Source of the DNA: Mobula hypostoma
Taxonomy: Eukaryota
DNA length: 64,000 nt
Assembly (NCBI RefSeq): GCF_963921235.1
Contig: NC_086097.1
Span: forward strand, 117,616,001-117,680,000
Direction of reading: 5' to 3'
Below are positions 11,893 through 25,316 of this stretch, in pieces; the stretch's first letter is position 1; each line of letters opens with the position of its first letter. Both the position numbers and the translations under genes were made by a program. Under the pieces are notes generated by a model. The model did no database searches. It saw nothing but the letters and a program-made list of their open reading frames with translations, and was not told where the DNA came from.

Positions 11893-14673
11893 AAACATAG
11901 AAACATAGAAAATAGGTGCAAGAGTAGGCCATTCGGCCATTCGAGTCTGTACCGTCATTCAGTATGATCATGGCTGATCATCCAACTCAGAACCCTGTAC
12001 CTGCCTTCTCTCCATACCCCTTGATCCCTTTAGCCACAGGGGCCAGATCTAACTCCCTCTTAAATATAGCCAATGAACTGGCCTCATCTGTTTCCTGTGG
12101 CAGAGAATTCCACAGATTCACCACTCTCTGTGTGAAGAAGTTTTTCCTAATCTCGGTCCTAAAAGGCTTCCTCTTTATCCTTAAACTGTGACCCCTCATT
12201 CTGGACTTCCCCAACATTGGGAACAATCTTCCTGCATCTAGCCTGTCCAATCCCTTTAGAATTGTATACGTTTCAATAAGATCCTCCCTCAATCTTCTAA
12301 ATTCCAGTGAGTATAAGCCTAGTCGATCCAGTCTTTCATCATATAAAAGTCCTGCCAACCCAGGAATCAACCTAGTGAACCTTCCTTGTACTCCTTCTAT
12401 GGCAAGAATGTCTTTCCTCAGATTACGGGACCAAAACTGCACACAAAACTCCAGACGTGTTCTCACCAAGGCCTTGTACAACTGTAGTAGTACCTCCTTG
12501 CTCCTGTACTCGAATCCTCTTGCTATTAATGCCAGCATACCATTCACCTTTTTCACTGCCTGCTGTACCTGCATGCCCACTTTCAATGACTGGTGTATAA
12601 TGACACCCAGGTCTCGTTGCACCTCCCCTTTTCCTAATCGGCCACCATTCAGATAATAATCTGTTTTCCTGTTTTTGCCACCAAAGTGGATAAGCTCACA
12701 CTTATCCACATTAAATTGCATCTGCCACGAATTTGCCCACTCACCTAACCTATCCAAGTCACCCTGCATCCTCTTTGCATCCTCCTCACAGCTAACACTG
12801 TCGCCCAGCTTCGTGTCATCCACAAACTTGGAGATGCTGCATTTAATTCCCTCGTGTAAGTCATTAATATATATTGTAAACAACTGGGGTCCCAGCACTG
12901 AGCCTTGCGGTACCCCACTAGTCACTGCCTGCCATTCTGAAAAGGTCCTGTTTATTCCCACTCTTTGCTTCCTGTCTACCAACCAATTCTCTATCCACAT
13001 CAATACCATACCCCCAATACTGTGTGCTTTAAGTTTGCACACTAATCTCCTGTGTGGGACCTTGACAAAAGCCTTTTGAAAATCCAAATATACCACATCC
13101 ACTGGTTCTCCCCTATCCACTCTACTAGTTACATCCGCAAAAAATTTTATGAGATTCGTCAGGCATGATTTTCCTCTCACAAATCCACGCTGACTTTGTC
13201 TGATGATTTCACCACTTTCCATATGTGCTGTTATTACATCTTTGATAACTGACTCTAGCATTTTCCCCACCACCGATGTTAGGCTAACTGGTCTATAATT
13301 CCCCAGTTTCTCTCTCCCTCCTTTTTTAAAAAGCAGGGTTACATTAGCCAGCTCCAATCCTCAGGAACTAGTCCAGAATCTAAGGAGTTTTGAAAAATTA
13401 TCACTGATACATCCACTATTTCTTGGGCTACTTCCTTAAGCACTCTGGAATGCAGACCATCTGGCCCTGGGGATTTATCTGCCTTTAATTCTTTCAATTT
13501 ACCTAACACCACTTCCCTCTTAACATGTATTTCCTTCAGTTCTTCCATCTCACTGGACCCTCGGCTCCCTACTATTTCCGGAAGATTATTTATGTCCTCT
13601 TTAGTGAAGACAGAACCAAAGTAGTTATTCAATTGGTCTGCCATGTCTTTGTTCCCCATGATCAATTCACCTGTTTCTGACTGTAAGGGACCTACATTTG
13701 TCTTAACCAATCTTTTTCTTTTCACATATTTATAAAAGCTTTTACAGTCAGTTTTTATGTTCCCTGCCAGTTTTCCCTCATAATCTTTTTTTCCCTTTCC
13801 TAATTAAGCCTTTTGTCCTCCTCTGCTGGACTCTGAATTTCTCCCAGTCCTCAGGCATGCCACCTTTTCTGGCTAATTTGTATGTTTCTTTTTTGGAATT
13901 GATACTATCCCTAATTTCCCTTGTCAACCATGGGAGCACTACCTTCCTTGGTTTATTCTTTTGCCAAACTGGGATGAACAATTGTTGTAGTTCATCCATG
14001 CGATCTTTAAATGCTTGCCATTGCATATCCACCGTCAACCCTTTAAGTATCATTTGCCAGTCTATCTTAGCTAATTCACGTTTCATACCTTCAAAGTTAC
14101 CCTTCTTTAAGTTCAGAACCTTTGTTTCTGAATTAACTATGTCACTCTCCATCTTAATGAAGAATTCCACCATATTATGGTCACTCTTACCCAAGGGGCC
14201 TCTCACAACAAGATTGCTAATGAACCCTTCCTCATTGCTCAATACCCATTCTAGAATTGTCTCCTCTCTAGTTGGTTCCTCGACATGTTGGTTCAGAAAA
14301 CCATCCCGCATACCTTCCAAGAAATCCTCTTCCTCAGCACCCTTACCAATTTGGTTCACCCAATCTATATGTAGATTGAAGTCACCCATTATAACTGCTG
14401 TTCCTTTATTGCACGCATTTCTAATTTCCTGTTTAATGCCATCCCCAACCTCATTACTACTGTTAGGTGGCCTGTACACAACTCCCACTAATGTTTTCTG
14501 CCCCTTAGTGTTATGCAGCTCTACCCATGTCGATTCCACATCCTCTTGGCTAATGTCCTTCCTTTCTATTGCATTAATCTCCTCTCTAACCAGCAATGCT
14601 ACCCCCATTTCTTTCATGTCTATCCCTCCTGAATATTGAATATCCCTGAATGTTGAGCTCCCATCCTTTGTCA
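11893..14673 (-). mobile_element. Young CR1 LINE with near-complete ORF2 (APE endonuclease + RT), frameshifted
   Basis: ORFs 13778..14674 (GVVYRPPN, IMGDFN, SDHN), 13339..13725 and 11987..13357 (GVPQGSVLGPQLF, FVDD); (atgtttct)n tail. Confidence 0.97.
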
Positions 14674-14999
14674 TGAAGGCGATATTTTTATTACATAATT
14701 AGTAAAAGATTTTACTTTAGAAAATAAATGGAGCTCCAAAATTCCTTCTGTTAGTGAGGACCTCTGGTAACAATAAATGGAAAAGTTTTCCAATAGCGCT
14801 TGCCACCATCTGCAGTCATAATTCAAAAGGAAGGTCCTGTCAGTTGATTCAAGAAACAAATAATTTCAAGCAAAGCAGTATTTTCATATTCCTGTTAGTG
14901 ACAACAGCAATTACAAGTGACACCACTTACATCCCTTGTCCAAGGGAGAAGTCTTGCCTCTCAGTAGAATATTTCCTGATTCCTGCATATGAAGCAAGT

Positions 15000-15765
15000 T
15001 TGGATCTACACTGATTCATAGACCTATGCTGACAGACTAATTTACATTGATTTATTGATCTGCATTGTGACACTGATCTCCAATAACTTATTGAGATATA
15101 TTGATTCTTTGATCAACAGTGATGGGACTCAACATCTCTGAATTCTTCCCACAACCTCCAGACTCACTTCCAAGGACTCTTCATGGCATGTTCTTGATAT
15201 AAATTGCTTATTTATTTATTATTATTATTATTATATCATTTTCCTTTTGTATTTGCACACTTTATTGTCTTTTGTATATTGGTTGATTGTCCATTCTGTT
15301 GGATGCACTCTTCCATTCATTCTATTGTGTTTCCTGGATTTATTATTTATGCCTGCATGGAAGTGAATCTCAAGGTTGGATATAGTGACATACATGTATG
15401 TATTTTGATAATAAATTTACATTGAACACGTAAATGCTGATCTGCATTGACTCTTTACCTACACATACACGCCGATCTGTATTGGCTCATTGATGTAAGT
15501 TGACTCTTTGACTCTTTCACCTACATTGACTCTAACCTACACTGACTCATCAAAACTGCAAGGGCTCACTAGCCTGCTGTACGTTAGCTTACCATTCTGC
15601 TTTGATTAGTGATGTACATTCACTTCCCAATGGATATTGACTCATGGATCATCATTAACTTACTGACCTACCTTAACCACATGACCTCTCTAACGTACAT
15701 TGACTCAGTAACCTGTGTTAACTCACTGAACCACATTAAACCACTGAACTGCATTAACTCTTAGT
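15000..15765. repeat. Degenerate ~17-18-bp minisatellite interrupted by a LINE 3' end
   Basis: Recurrent (c)actgacctacattgact-like units at 15000-15115 and 15435-15765. Confidence 0.6.
15117..15428 (+). mobile_element. Rex1/Babar-type LINE 3'UTR
   Basis: Homologous to the 3'UTR at 43670-43935; ends ataataaatttacattgaac. Confidence 0.7.
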
Positions 15766-15892
15766 TTGCAATATTTAATTCTAAAATGTTCCTGCTTGGT
15801 TTGCTGTTTTTCCTGGTCCTCCACTTTCCTATAACTGCCCCATCTCTAAACCCCTGAGAAGAATATACTCTGATTACTCTCATTACTCTCAG

Positions 15893-16513
15893 TTGAGGGG
15901 AGGAGAAGATGGTGGTGCTCTAAAATGATATCGGTATTTGTAAGTAGGTACCGTGCACAATCCTGATGGAGACAGATGTGAGAAGGATGGAGGAACATCT
16001 GGAGAAACCTCTGAAATGCCCGCTTTGCTGCCGCTGCTACTGTGCAATTGAGAATCTCTGGAGGGGAAGGCCCTAAATCTTTGGCTTTGCCTATCGCCTG
16101 TTGCCAGGGCCAGGGTCGAAGCGTTCGGTAGAGATGGTGCTCGGTGCTCAGTATCGGAGGGCTGGTCGGAGACTCGAAGTTTTCTGATGGACTCAAGAGT
16201 CGGCTGTGGTCGGGTGCTTCCAGGGTGCTGCATTGGCAAGTTTGCTGTGCTGGAGGTTCATGGCAGGGAGAGTTTCTCCCTTCTACCATCTGCGTGAGAT
16301 GATGGGACTTTTGAGAGACTTTGAGACTTTTTTTTACCGAGCCCATGGTCGGTTCTTTATCAAATTACGGTATTGCTTTGCACTGTTGCAAATATATGTT
16401 ATAATTATATGGTTTTTGTCAGTTTTTTTAGTCTTGGTTGTATCATTTCTTAATGCTTGCATTACTAAGTGACAATAAAAGAGGACTGTGTGTCCTCATA
16501 ATCTAATCTAATC
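15893..16513 (+). mobile_element. Non-coding short retroposon (GC-rich head, AT-rich tail, (atcta)n end)
   Basis: Begins near gaggagaagatggtgg, has a CpG-containing body, then aataaa and a terminal atctaatctaatc. Confidence 0.55.
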
Positions 16514-17616
16514 CTTGATTTTCATTTTGTTATTCTTGCTGACAGTGTTATCACTTGACTAGGCCTTTAATTTGTAATTACATCCCTATCCCTATGCTCT
16601 TATCTAAATTGCCTTTAAGATGCACTTTGACATCTACTTTTTTGTTGTGTCTGTGCACAACTACACATCAATTCAATAAAAGCACATCTGCAGGAGGTGG
16701 CTTTAACTGGTGTTTTCACATTGCAATGAGAGAGAGAGAGAACAATGAGCATGTATGGACAACAGTGCATGCACAGACAACAGATTAATATTTAGTGCTA
16801 AGGGAGGCTGGTGCTATTGCTCTAAAAGAAAGAGATCCATACATTACACTTCTTCCTTTAGATTAATGCAACATAAAACTATATATGTAGAAAAGTATTA
16901 ATTTCCCTTCCAGAAACCCATATTCCAAATAAACATGCTTTAACAATAACAGTCCATAACTAATTACACAGGTTCAGCATTTTGGATGGGGCCTCTGTTT
17001 CTTTCAGGATAGCGCCTCTGGACCTGTGGAGTGGCATCAGGTAGGTGTCTTGTCTAAGACAATGTTTTCAGTTGCCGGTGTCACGTTGCTGTCAGTGACG
17101 GGATCATCACTGACAGGCAAGTCCAGTGATGGTAATGTGTCTGTCTTGTTGGATACAATTGACTCAGGTGTGTTCTTTGGCTGAGCATCCAGTATCTGGT
17201 CCACATGACATCTCTATCTTTGATCTCCAACATCTACTGTGTACATTCGTGGTCCAGTTCTTGTAACGATCCTACCAGGTGTCCACTTGTCTTCTCGGAA
17301 ATAATGTGCTCGGACTTCCTGTCCAATCTCAAAGCTCCTTGCTGCTTCACTTGGCAACTAGCCGAACTGTTTATTCTGCACTTCCCTTCAGAGGTCTGGG
17401 TTCAGGAGGTCTAAGTGAGATCTCAGATTCCGGATCATGAACAGCATTGCTGGTGTTTGATTTGTCGTCGTATGAGCTGTGTTTCGACAAACATAAAAGA
17501 AGTTGTCTACCTTGTGCTGTAGAGTAATGTCCTCCTTGTCCATCGCTTTAGTGGACTTCTTACAGGTTTGGATAAACTTTTCAGCTAACCTGTTCACTGC
17601 TGGGTGGTGGAGGAGC

Positions 17617-17737
17617 TGTTTTGGCCCGAAACATCGCTTGTACTCTTTTCCCAGATGCTGCCTGGCCTGTTGAGTTGCTCCAGCATTTTGTGTGAGTTGC
17701 TCGGATTTCCAGCATGAGCGGATTTTCTCTTGTTTGT
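17617..17737 (+). mobile_element. Penelope-terminus fragment inserted in the Gypsy integrase
   Basis: ggcccgaaacatcg..agatgctgcctggcctgttgagttgctccagcattttgtg. Confidence 0.75.
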
Positions 17738-18963
17738 GATTGAAATGCCTGGCACCATTTTTCTCCTTGAACAGTCAGAATTCTTCTGACGTGTGTAGTG
17801 ATCTGTTATCACTCACAATTTGATCTGATTAGCCATTTATAGTGAAGATAGCCCTCAGAGCAGAGACAGTCTTTGCTGAGGTGGTCGACTTCATTGGTAT
17901 AATGTCCGGCCGCCCTGAATGAGCATCCACAGCAATCAGAAACATGGCATCTATGAATGGCCAAGCAAAGTCAGTATATACTCTTGCCATGGTGAAGACG
18001 ACCATTCCCATCGGTGTAACAATGCCTGTGGGGGTGCATTTTGAACTCTTTGGCATCCCAAACAGCTTTTGGCCAAGTTTACAATCTGTTTATCTACTCA
18101 CAGCCAACACACATATCTCCGGGTGAGACTCTTCACTTTGACTGTGTCCTTCATGCAGATTTTCTAACACTCTGATGTGCAGTCCAGAGGGAAACACAAC
18201 ATGAGATCCACACATCAGTATCCTTTCACATACTGACAGTTGATCTTGTCTCGCTGAGAAATCTGGAAATATAGGGTTACCATGAGCTGGCCGTCCTTGC
18301 ATGGAGAGTTCATAGACTTTTGACCATGTCGGATCATTTCTTGTTTCCCTTTGTATTTTGGAAATTGTTACCAGCATCTGGTCCACCAATGCAGTATGTA
18401 ACACTTCTGCGGGGTCACAGTATGAAAACTATTCTTCTTCAGTTGCCAATAGTGGAAGACATGACGAGTCATTAGCGTTGCTGTGTTGTTTGGTACCCTT
18501 GAACTCTATGTCATAAGAGTGGGCTCCAAGGAACAGTGCCCAGGTAGCAATCATCACTGGATTCCCTTCCTGGGATTGAATACAGACACAACAGGCTGCT
18601 GATCCATCACTTGTATAAATATTTGTCTGTAGAAGTTGTGGTGGAACTTATTTATTCCCCAATACTAGACTCAGGGCCTCTCGGAAAATCTGTGTGAAGT
18701 TGCATTTTGCGCTCATCAGTGATCTTGAAGCAAATGCATTCGGGTGTTCAGATCCCTCTTTGATGATGTGTGACAAAACAGCTCCAATGCCCTAAGGAGA
18801 CACATCACATGCTAGTCTGATAGGCAGAGATGGGTCATAAGGGGAGAGCAGTTCACCAGATGTAATTAGCCTCTTTATTTCCTTGAATGCTTTTTCACAT
18901 CTCTCTGACCAATCCTATTTCGCTCCTGTCTGTAACAGTGCATTCAATGGATGTAGCAATACG

Positions 18964-21900
18964 GAACATAAGAACATAAGAATAAGGAGCAAGAGTAGAC
19001 CATCTGGCCCGTCGAGCCTGCTCTGCCATTCAATAAGATCATGGCTGATCTGAGCATGGACCCATCTCTACCTACCTGCCTTTTCCCCATAACCCTTAAT
19101 TCCCATACTATGCAAAAATCTGTCCAACCTTGTCTTAAATATATTTACTGAGGTAGCCTCCACTGCTTCATTGGGCAGAGAATTCTACAGATTCACCACC
19201 CTTTGGGAAAAGCAGTTCCTCCTCATTTCTGTCCTAGATATGTCCCTCTGAACCTTGAGACTATGTCCCTCCGTTCTAGTCTCACCTACCAGTGGAAGCA
19301 ACTTTTCTGCCTCTATTTTATCTATCCCTTTCATAATTTTGTATGTTTCTATAAGGTCTCCTCTCATTCTTCTGAATTCCAGTGAGTATAGCCCCAGGCA
19401 ACTCAAATTCTCCTCATATTCTAACCCCACATCTCTGGAATCAACCTGGGGGACCTCCTCTGCACCGCTTCCAAAGCCACTATATCCTTCCTCAAGTAAG
19501 GAGACCAGAACTGCATGCAGTACTCCAGGGGTGGCCTTACCAGTACCCTGTACAGTTGCAGCATAACCTCCTAGCTCTTAAATTCAATCCCTCTAGCAAT
19601 GAAGGCCAACATTCCATTTGCCTTCTTGATAGGCTGCTGCACCTGCAAACCAACCTTTTGTGATTCATGCACAAGCACTCTCAAGTCCTCCTGCACAGCA
19701 GCATTTTGCAATTTTTTTTTACCATTTAAATAATAATCTGCTCTTACACTTCTCCTTCCAAAGTGAATGACCTTGCATTTACTAACATTGTACTCCATCT
19801 GCCAGACCCTTACCCACTCACTTAATCTACCTATATCTGTCTGCAGATTCTCCATATCCTCTGCACAATTTACTTTTCCACTCCCAATTTAGTATCATCG
19901 GCAAACTTAGATACAATACAATTGATCCCCTCTTCCAGATCGTTAACGCACATCGTGAACAGTTGTGGATCCAGCACTGACCCCTGCGACACACTGCTCA
20001 CCACTGATTGCCAACCAGAGTAATATCCATGTACCCCAACTCTCTGCTTTCTATTAGTTAACCAATCCTCTATCCATGCTAATACATCACCCCCAATTCT
20101 ATGCATCCTTATTTTATAGATAAGTCTTTTATGTGGCACCTTGTTGAACCCCCTTCTAAAAATCCAAGTAAACAACATCCATCTGTTCCTCTCTTTCTGT
20201 AGCACTTGTTATATCCTCAAAGAACTCCAAAAATTTTGTCAAACAGGACCTGCCTTTGCTGAATCCATGTTGTGTCTGCCTGATGGATCCATTTCTTTCC
20301 AGATGCCTTGCTATTTCTTCTTTAATGATAGCTTCAAGCTTTTTCCCAACTACAGATGTTAAACCAACTGGCCTATAGTTACCTGCTTTTTGCTTACATC
20401 CTTTTTTGAACAGTGGCATGACATTCGCCATCTTCCAATTCGCCAGGAACCTGCCCAGAGTCCAGAGAATTTTGGTACATCATCACCAAAGTCTCCACTA
20501 TAACTTCTGCTATTTCTTTCAGTAGCCTGGGATGCATTCCATCAGGACCAGGGGACTTGTCTATTTTTAGTGATAGCTATTGTATCGAGGTCCTCACCTC
20601 CCATTGCATATATAACATCTCCCTTAGGCATGTTAGACGTGTCCTCCTTCGTGAAGACTGACACAAAATAGTCATTCAAGGCTTCAGCCATTTTTTCATT
20701 ACCCAATATCAATTCCCCGTTCTCGTCCCCTGCATTCACTTTAGCCACCCTTTTCTGCTTTATATAATTAGAAAAATTTTTTCTATCTGTTTTTATACTT
20801 TGTGCTAGTTTATTTTCATAATCTAGTTCCTCCCTCTTTATTGCCCACTTAGAGGTACTTTATTGCTTTTTAAAGTTTTCCCAGTCTTCCAGTCTTTCAC
20901 TACTCTTGGCATCTCTGTATGCACAAGCATTTAGTCTGATCCCTTTTTGTATTCTCTTAGTTATCCAAGGCTGGCTCTCCCCACCCTTACTGTCCTTGCA
21001 TTTAACTGGAATATACTTCTGTTGAGCACCATGAAAAATCTCTTTGAATATCTTCTATTGTTCCTCAACTGTCCCAGCTCATCCAGAGATTACTACCTTT
21101 TTGGTTCTACATTTTAATTTAGCCCCTAAGGGCTCAAATTCCCTCAGCAGAACCTCTTTCCTCATTCTACCTATGTTATTGGTACCCACATGGACCATGA
21201 CAACTGGATCTTTCCCCCTCACTGCAAATTCCTTTGCAGGCTACATAAGATGTTCTGAGCCCAAGAACCAGGCAGACAACACAGCCTTTGGGATGCTCTA
21301 TTCTTGTGACAGAGAACTCTGTCTATTCCGCTGACTATACTATCCCAAATTAGAACTGCATTTCTCTTCTCTCCCCACTCTTGAATGGCTCCCTGAACTA
21401 CGGTGCCACAGTTAGGTTGCTCATCCTCCTACAGCCTCCACTCTCATCCACACAGGGAGCAAGAACCTCAGACCTGTTGGACAAGCTCAAGGGCTGAGGC
21501 TCCTCCAGCACTGTCTCTTGGATCCTACAACCTGCCTCACTCACAGTCACACCCTCTTGTCCCTAACCACAGACCGAATTTGAGGCAGCTAATCTAATGG
21601 GTGTGACTACCTCCAGAAACAGAGAATCCAGGTAACTCTCCCTCTCCCTGATGTGCCACATTGTTTGAAGCTCAGACTCCGAGTCATCAAATTTGAGCCT
21701 GAGTTCCTCGAGCAGCCAACACTTGCTGCAGATGTGGTCACCAGGAACCACAATGTGGTCTACGTCATGCAGCTACAGCACATCTCCTGATCCTGCATTA
21801 TCCCTACTTTATTTAATTAGCTGCAATTTAGTGACTTTTTATTCAATCACTACAAAAGCCTTACCTGCTACTTACCCATGTTTCCTCAGCAAATAGACAA

Positions 21901-23520
21901 TAGACAATAGACAATAGGTGCAGGAGTAGGCCATTTGGCCCTTTGAGCCAGCAGCGCCATTCACTGTGATCATGGCTGATCATCTACTATCAGTATCCAG
22001 TTCCTGCCCTCTCCCCATAACCTTTGATTCCACTATCTTTAAGAGCTCTATCCATCTCTTTTTGAAAGCATCCAGAGACTTGACCTCCACAGCCTTCTGG
22101 GGCAGAGCATTCCATATATTCACCACTCTCTGGATGAAAAAGTTTTTCCTCAACTCTGTCCTAAATGGCCTATCCCTAATTCTTAAACTGTGGCCTCTGG
22201 TTCTGGACTCACCCATCAGCGGGAACATGCTTCCTGCCTGCAGTGTGTCCAATCCCTTAATAATCTTATATGTTTCAATAAGTTCCCCTCTCAACCTTCT
22301 AAATTCCAGATTATACAAGCCCAGTCGCTCTAATCTTTCGACATATGACAGTCCTGCCATCCCGGGAATTAACCTTGTGAACCTACGCTGCACTCCCTCA
22401 ATCGCAAGAATGTCCTTCCTCAAATTTGGAGACCAAAACTGCACACAGTACTCCAGGTGTGGTCTCACCAGGGCCCTGTACAGCTGCAGAAGGACCTTTT
22501 TGCTCTTATACTCAATTCCCCTTGTTATGAAGGCCAGCATGCCATTAGCTTTCTTCATTGCCTGCTGTACTTGCATGCTTGCTTTCAGTGACTGATGTAC
22601 AAGAACACCTAGATCTCGTTGTACTTCCCCTTTTCCTAACTTGACTCCATTTAGATAATAATCTGCCTTCTTTTCCTTACCACCAAAGTGGATAGCCTCA
22701 CATTTATCCACATTAAACTGCATCTGCCATGCATCTGCCCAATCACCCAGCCTGTCCAAGTCACCCTGCATTCTCATAGCATCCTCCTCCTCACATTTCA
22801 CACTGCCACCCAGCTTTGTGTCATCGGCAAACTTGCTAATGTTACTTTTAATTCCCTCATCTAAATCATTAATATATATTGTAAACAGCTGCGGTCCCAG
22901 GACTGAACCCTGCGCTACCCAACTGGTCACCGCCTGCCATTCCGAAAGGGACCCGTTAATTGCTACTCTTTGTTTTCTGTCAGCCAGCCAATTTTCAATC
23001 CATATCAGTACTCTGCCCCCAATACCATGTGCCCTAATTTTGCCCACTAATCTCCTATGTGGGACTTTATCAAAGGCTTTCTGAAAGTCCAGGTACACCA
23101 CACCCACTGGCTCTTCCTTGTCCATTTTCATAGTTACATTCTCAAAAAATTCCAGAAGATTAGTCAAGCACGATTTCCCCTTCGTAAATCCATGTTGACT
23201 CGGAATAATCCTGTTACTACTATCCAGATGTGTCGTAATTCTCAAGTTCCCACTCCTACACTGGTCCACTCACACAATAGCTGCTCTGCTTTGACCCTGC
23301 TTTACTTTTATTTGTTCCTGCTAATGAATCACAAATTGATTAGTCTGCTGCTAATGCACCAATCCCCACAAAACACTCCTCTCCCCGACCTGTGCATTGT
23401 TCGTTCTCTCCCTCTCTCCCTCTCTCCCTCCCTCTGTCTCTCTCCCTCTTCCTCCCTCCCTCTTCCTCTCCCCGTCTCCCCCACCGAATTGGTTGGTCTG
23501 CTGCTAATGCGGACCAATGC
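18964..23520 (-). mobile_element. Long CR1 LINE (5'UTR, ORF1 remnants, internally deleted ORF2) inserted in the Gypsy RT-RNase H linker
   Basis: ORF1 zinc/coiled-coil piece HICSKCWLLEELRLK (21563..21751), esterase-like remnant ~21080-21400, RT pieces 19185-20750, (atgttctt)n tail. Gypsy GLVNYYH and LHPLNALL flank it. Confidence 0.88.
21892..23240 (-). mobile_element. Young 5'-truncated CR1 nested in the previous CR1
   Basis: ORF 21980..23269 with YLDFQKAFDKVPH and FADD; distinct (attgtct)n tail. Confidence 0.95.
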
Positions 23521-25136
23521 TTGGGAGAAATCAGTGGTAGTAGTTTACAAGGCCCAAGTATGACCTGAGTTGTGACACATTTTCCAGTTTGGGTGCCTGT
23601 AGCACTGCTTCAGTCTTCTCTTGTGACTTATGTAAGCCATGCTTGTCAATCACATGTCTATAATATGAGATTTCATTCTTGAAAAACTCACATTTCTTTC
23701 TCTTTGTGCGCAGACCGTACTCGCTCAGCCTGGTAAGCACTTTACTAAGGTTTTGGAGGTGCTCATCATAATTTTTCCCAGTCACAATGATGTCATCAAG
23801 GTAACATTGTGTTCCCAGGATATCTTAGAGCACCTGGTACATTGCTCTTTGCCAAATTGCTGCAGCTGATGCAATGCCAAAGATTAGACGATTATACTGG
23901 AACAGTCCCTTGTGAGTATTGATTGTGAGGAACTTCCAGCTTGACTCCTCCATCTCCATTTGCAGATAGGCTTATGACAAGTCAATCTTTGAAAACCTTT
24001 CCCAACCTGCCAAAAATGTAAAAAAGTCTTCTATTTGTGGAAGGGAAAACTGCACAGTACACAGCACTGGGTTGATGCTCACCTTAAAATCCCCATATTT
24101 GCGAATGACTCTGGTCTTCCTTTTATTGATCACCGGGACAATGGGCATGGCCCAAATGATCCACTCAGTCTTGCAGAGAATTCCAGATGTTTCCAAGCTC
24201 TGCAGTTTAGCATCCACTTTAGGACGTAGTGTGCAGGCACTGGGCATGCTTTCTGGAACCTTGGTGTGGCTGTTTCATCCAGTTCCATTCTGGCCTTCAT
24301 GCCTTTGAGTTTACCAAACACCTTCGCATTAGCATGCAGCATCTGTGCCAGTTAGTGCTACCATTTGGGCTGCCTGTTGATGTTACACTGAGAACTTTGA
24401 TTGATTGCCAGTCTAGTTGAATTTTTCTCAACTATTCATGTCTGAAAAATGCTGACCCCATGCTTTTCAATACATAACGCTCTAGCTGTTGTGTTTTGGC
24501 ATCCATACATCACATTTACTTTCAGTTTGCCTTTGGAGACATTTTTTTCACCTGTTTAAGCCTTTAGCATCACTGAGATCTTCTCCAATATCTTAGAAAA
24601 CAGTCTGTTGTAGTCAGTCTCTGGAATTATGGACAAAGCTGACCCTGTATCCAGCTCCATTTTCAGTTTTACAACAGACACATCTATTGTGATCCATTTT
24701 ATATTGCAATCTGCTCAGTAATACTATGCAGTTCCAGGCATGACAGTTCACCTTTATTAGATTCTATGTTGTCTGATTCTGTTTTACATTTGGTAACTTT
24801 ATGCATTTGCTTAGTTTTGTGTTTGAGACTTATTACTCGGTTGTGCTTTTTGTCTGCCTTGCACACTCTCTGTGTGTGACCTTGCCTGTGACACTTTCTG
24901 CAGAATTTTTCTATGAACCAACAATCATTTTCATCGGGGAGGATTTGCTACATCAATAGCATCTTTGACTTTTTGTACCATTCAGGCACATTTTGTGCAT
25001 TTCACATTCTAACCTTTTCTGGAGCTCTGCTTCATCCTTTGCCGCAGTCCCTAGTGTTACTGGAATGGTCAATGCCCGTTATAAGGTTAGGTTTTTTTTA
25101 GATAATAAACTCTTTTGACTGCTTTGACTATGCATG

Positions 25137-25316
25137 CCATAAGACCATAAACTATAGGAGCAGAAGTGGGCCATTTGGCCCATCGAGTCTGCTCCGCCAT
25201 TCAATCATGGGCTAATCCAACTCTTCCAGTCATCCCCACTCCCCTGCCTTCTCCCCATACCCTTTGATACTCTGGCTAATCAAGAACCTATCTATCTCTG
25301 CCTTAAATGCACCCAT
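25137..25316 (-). mobile_element. CR1 3' end inserted in Gypsy gag
   Basis: 3'UTR and (atggtctt)n tail. Confidence 0.88.

Noticed and set aside
13857..14639. Long antisense ORFs over CR1 (also 21966-22595, 40669-41298, 4702-5100)
   Set aside because: Shadow frames of LINE ORF2, repeated in each copy, with no independent protein signal.
16637..16642. TSD of the large Gypsy element
   Set aside because: Flanks (cttttt vs ctcttt) are low complexity and mismatched; cannot be called.
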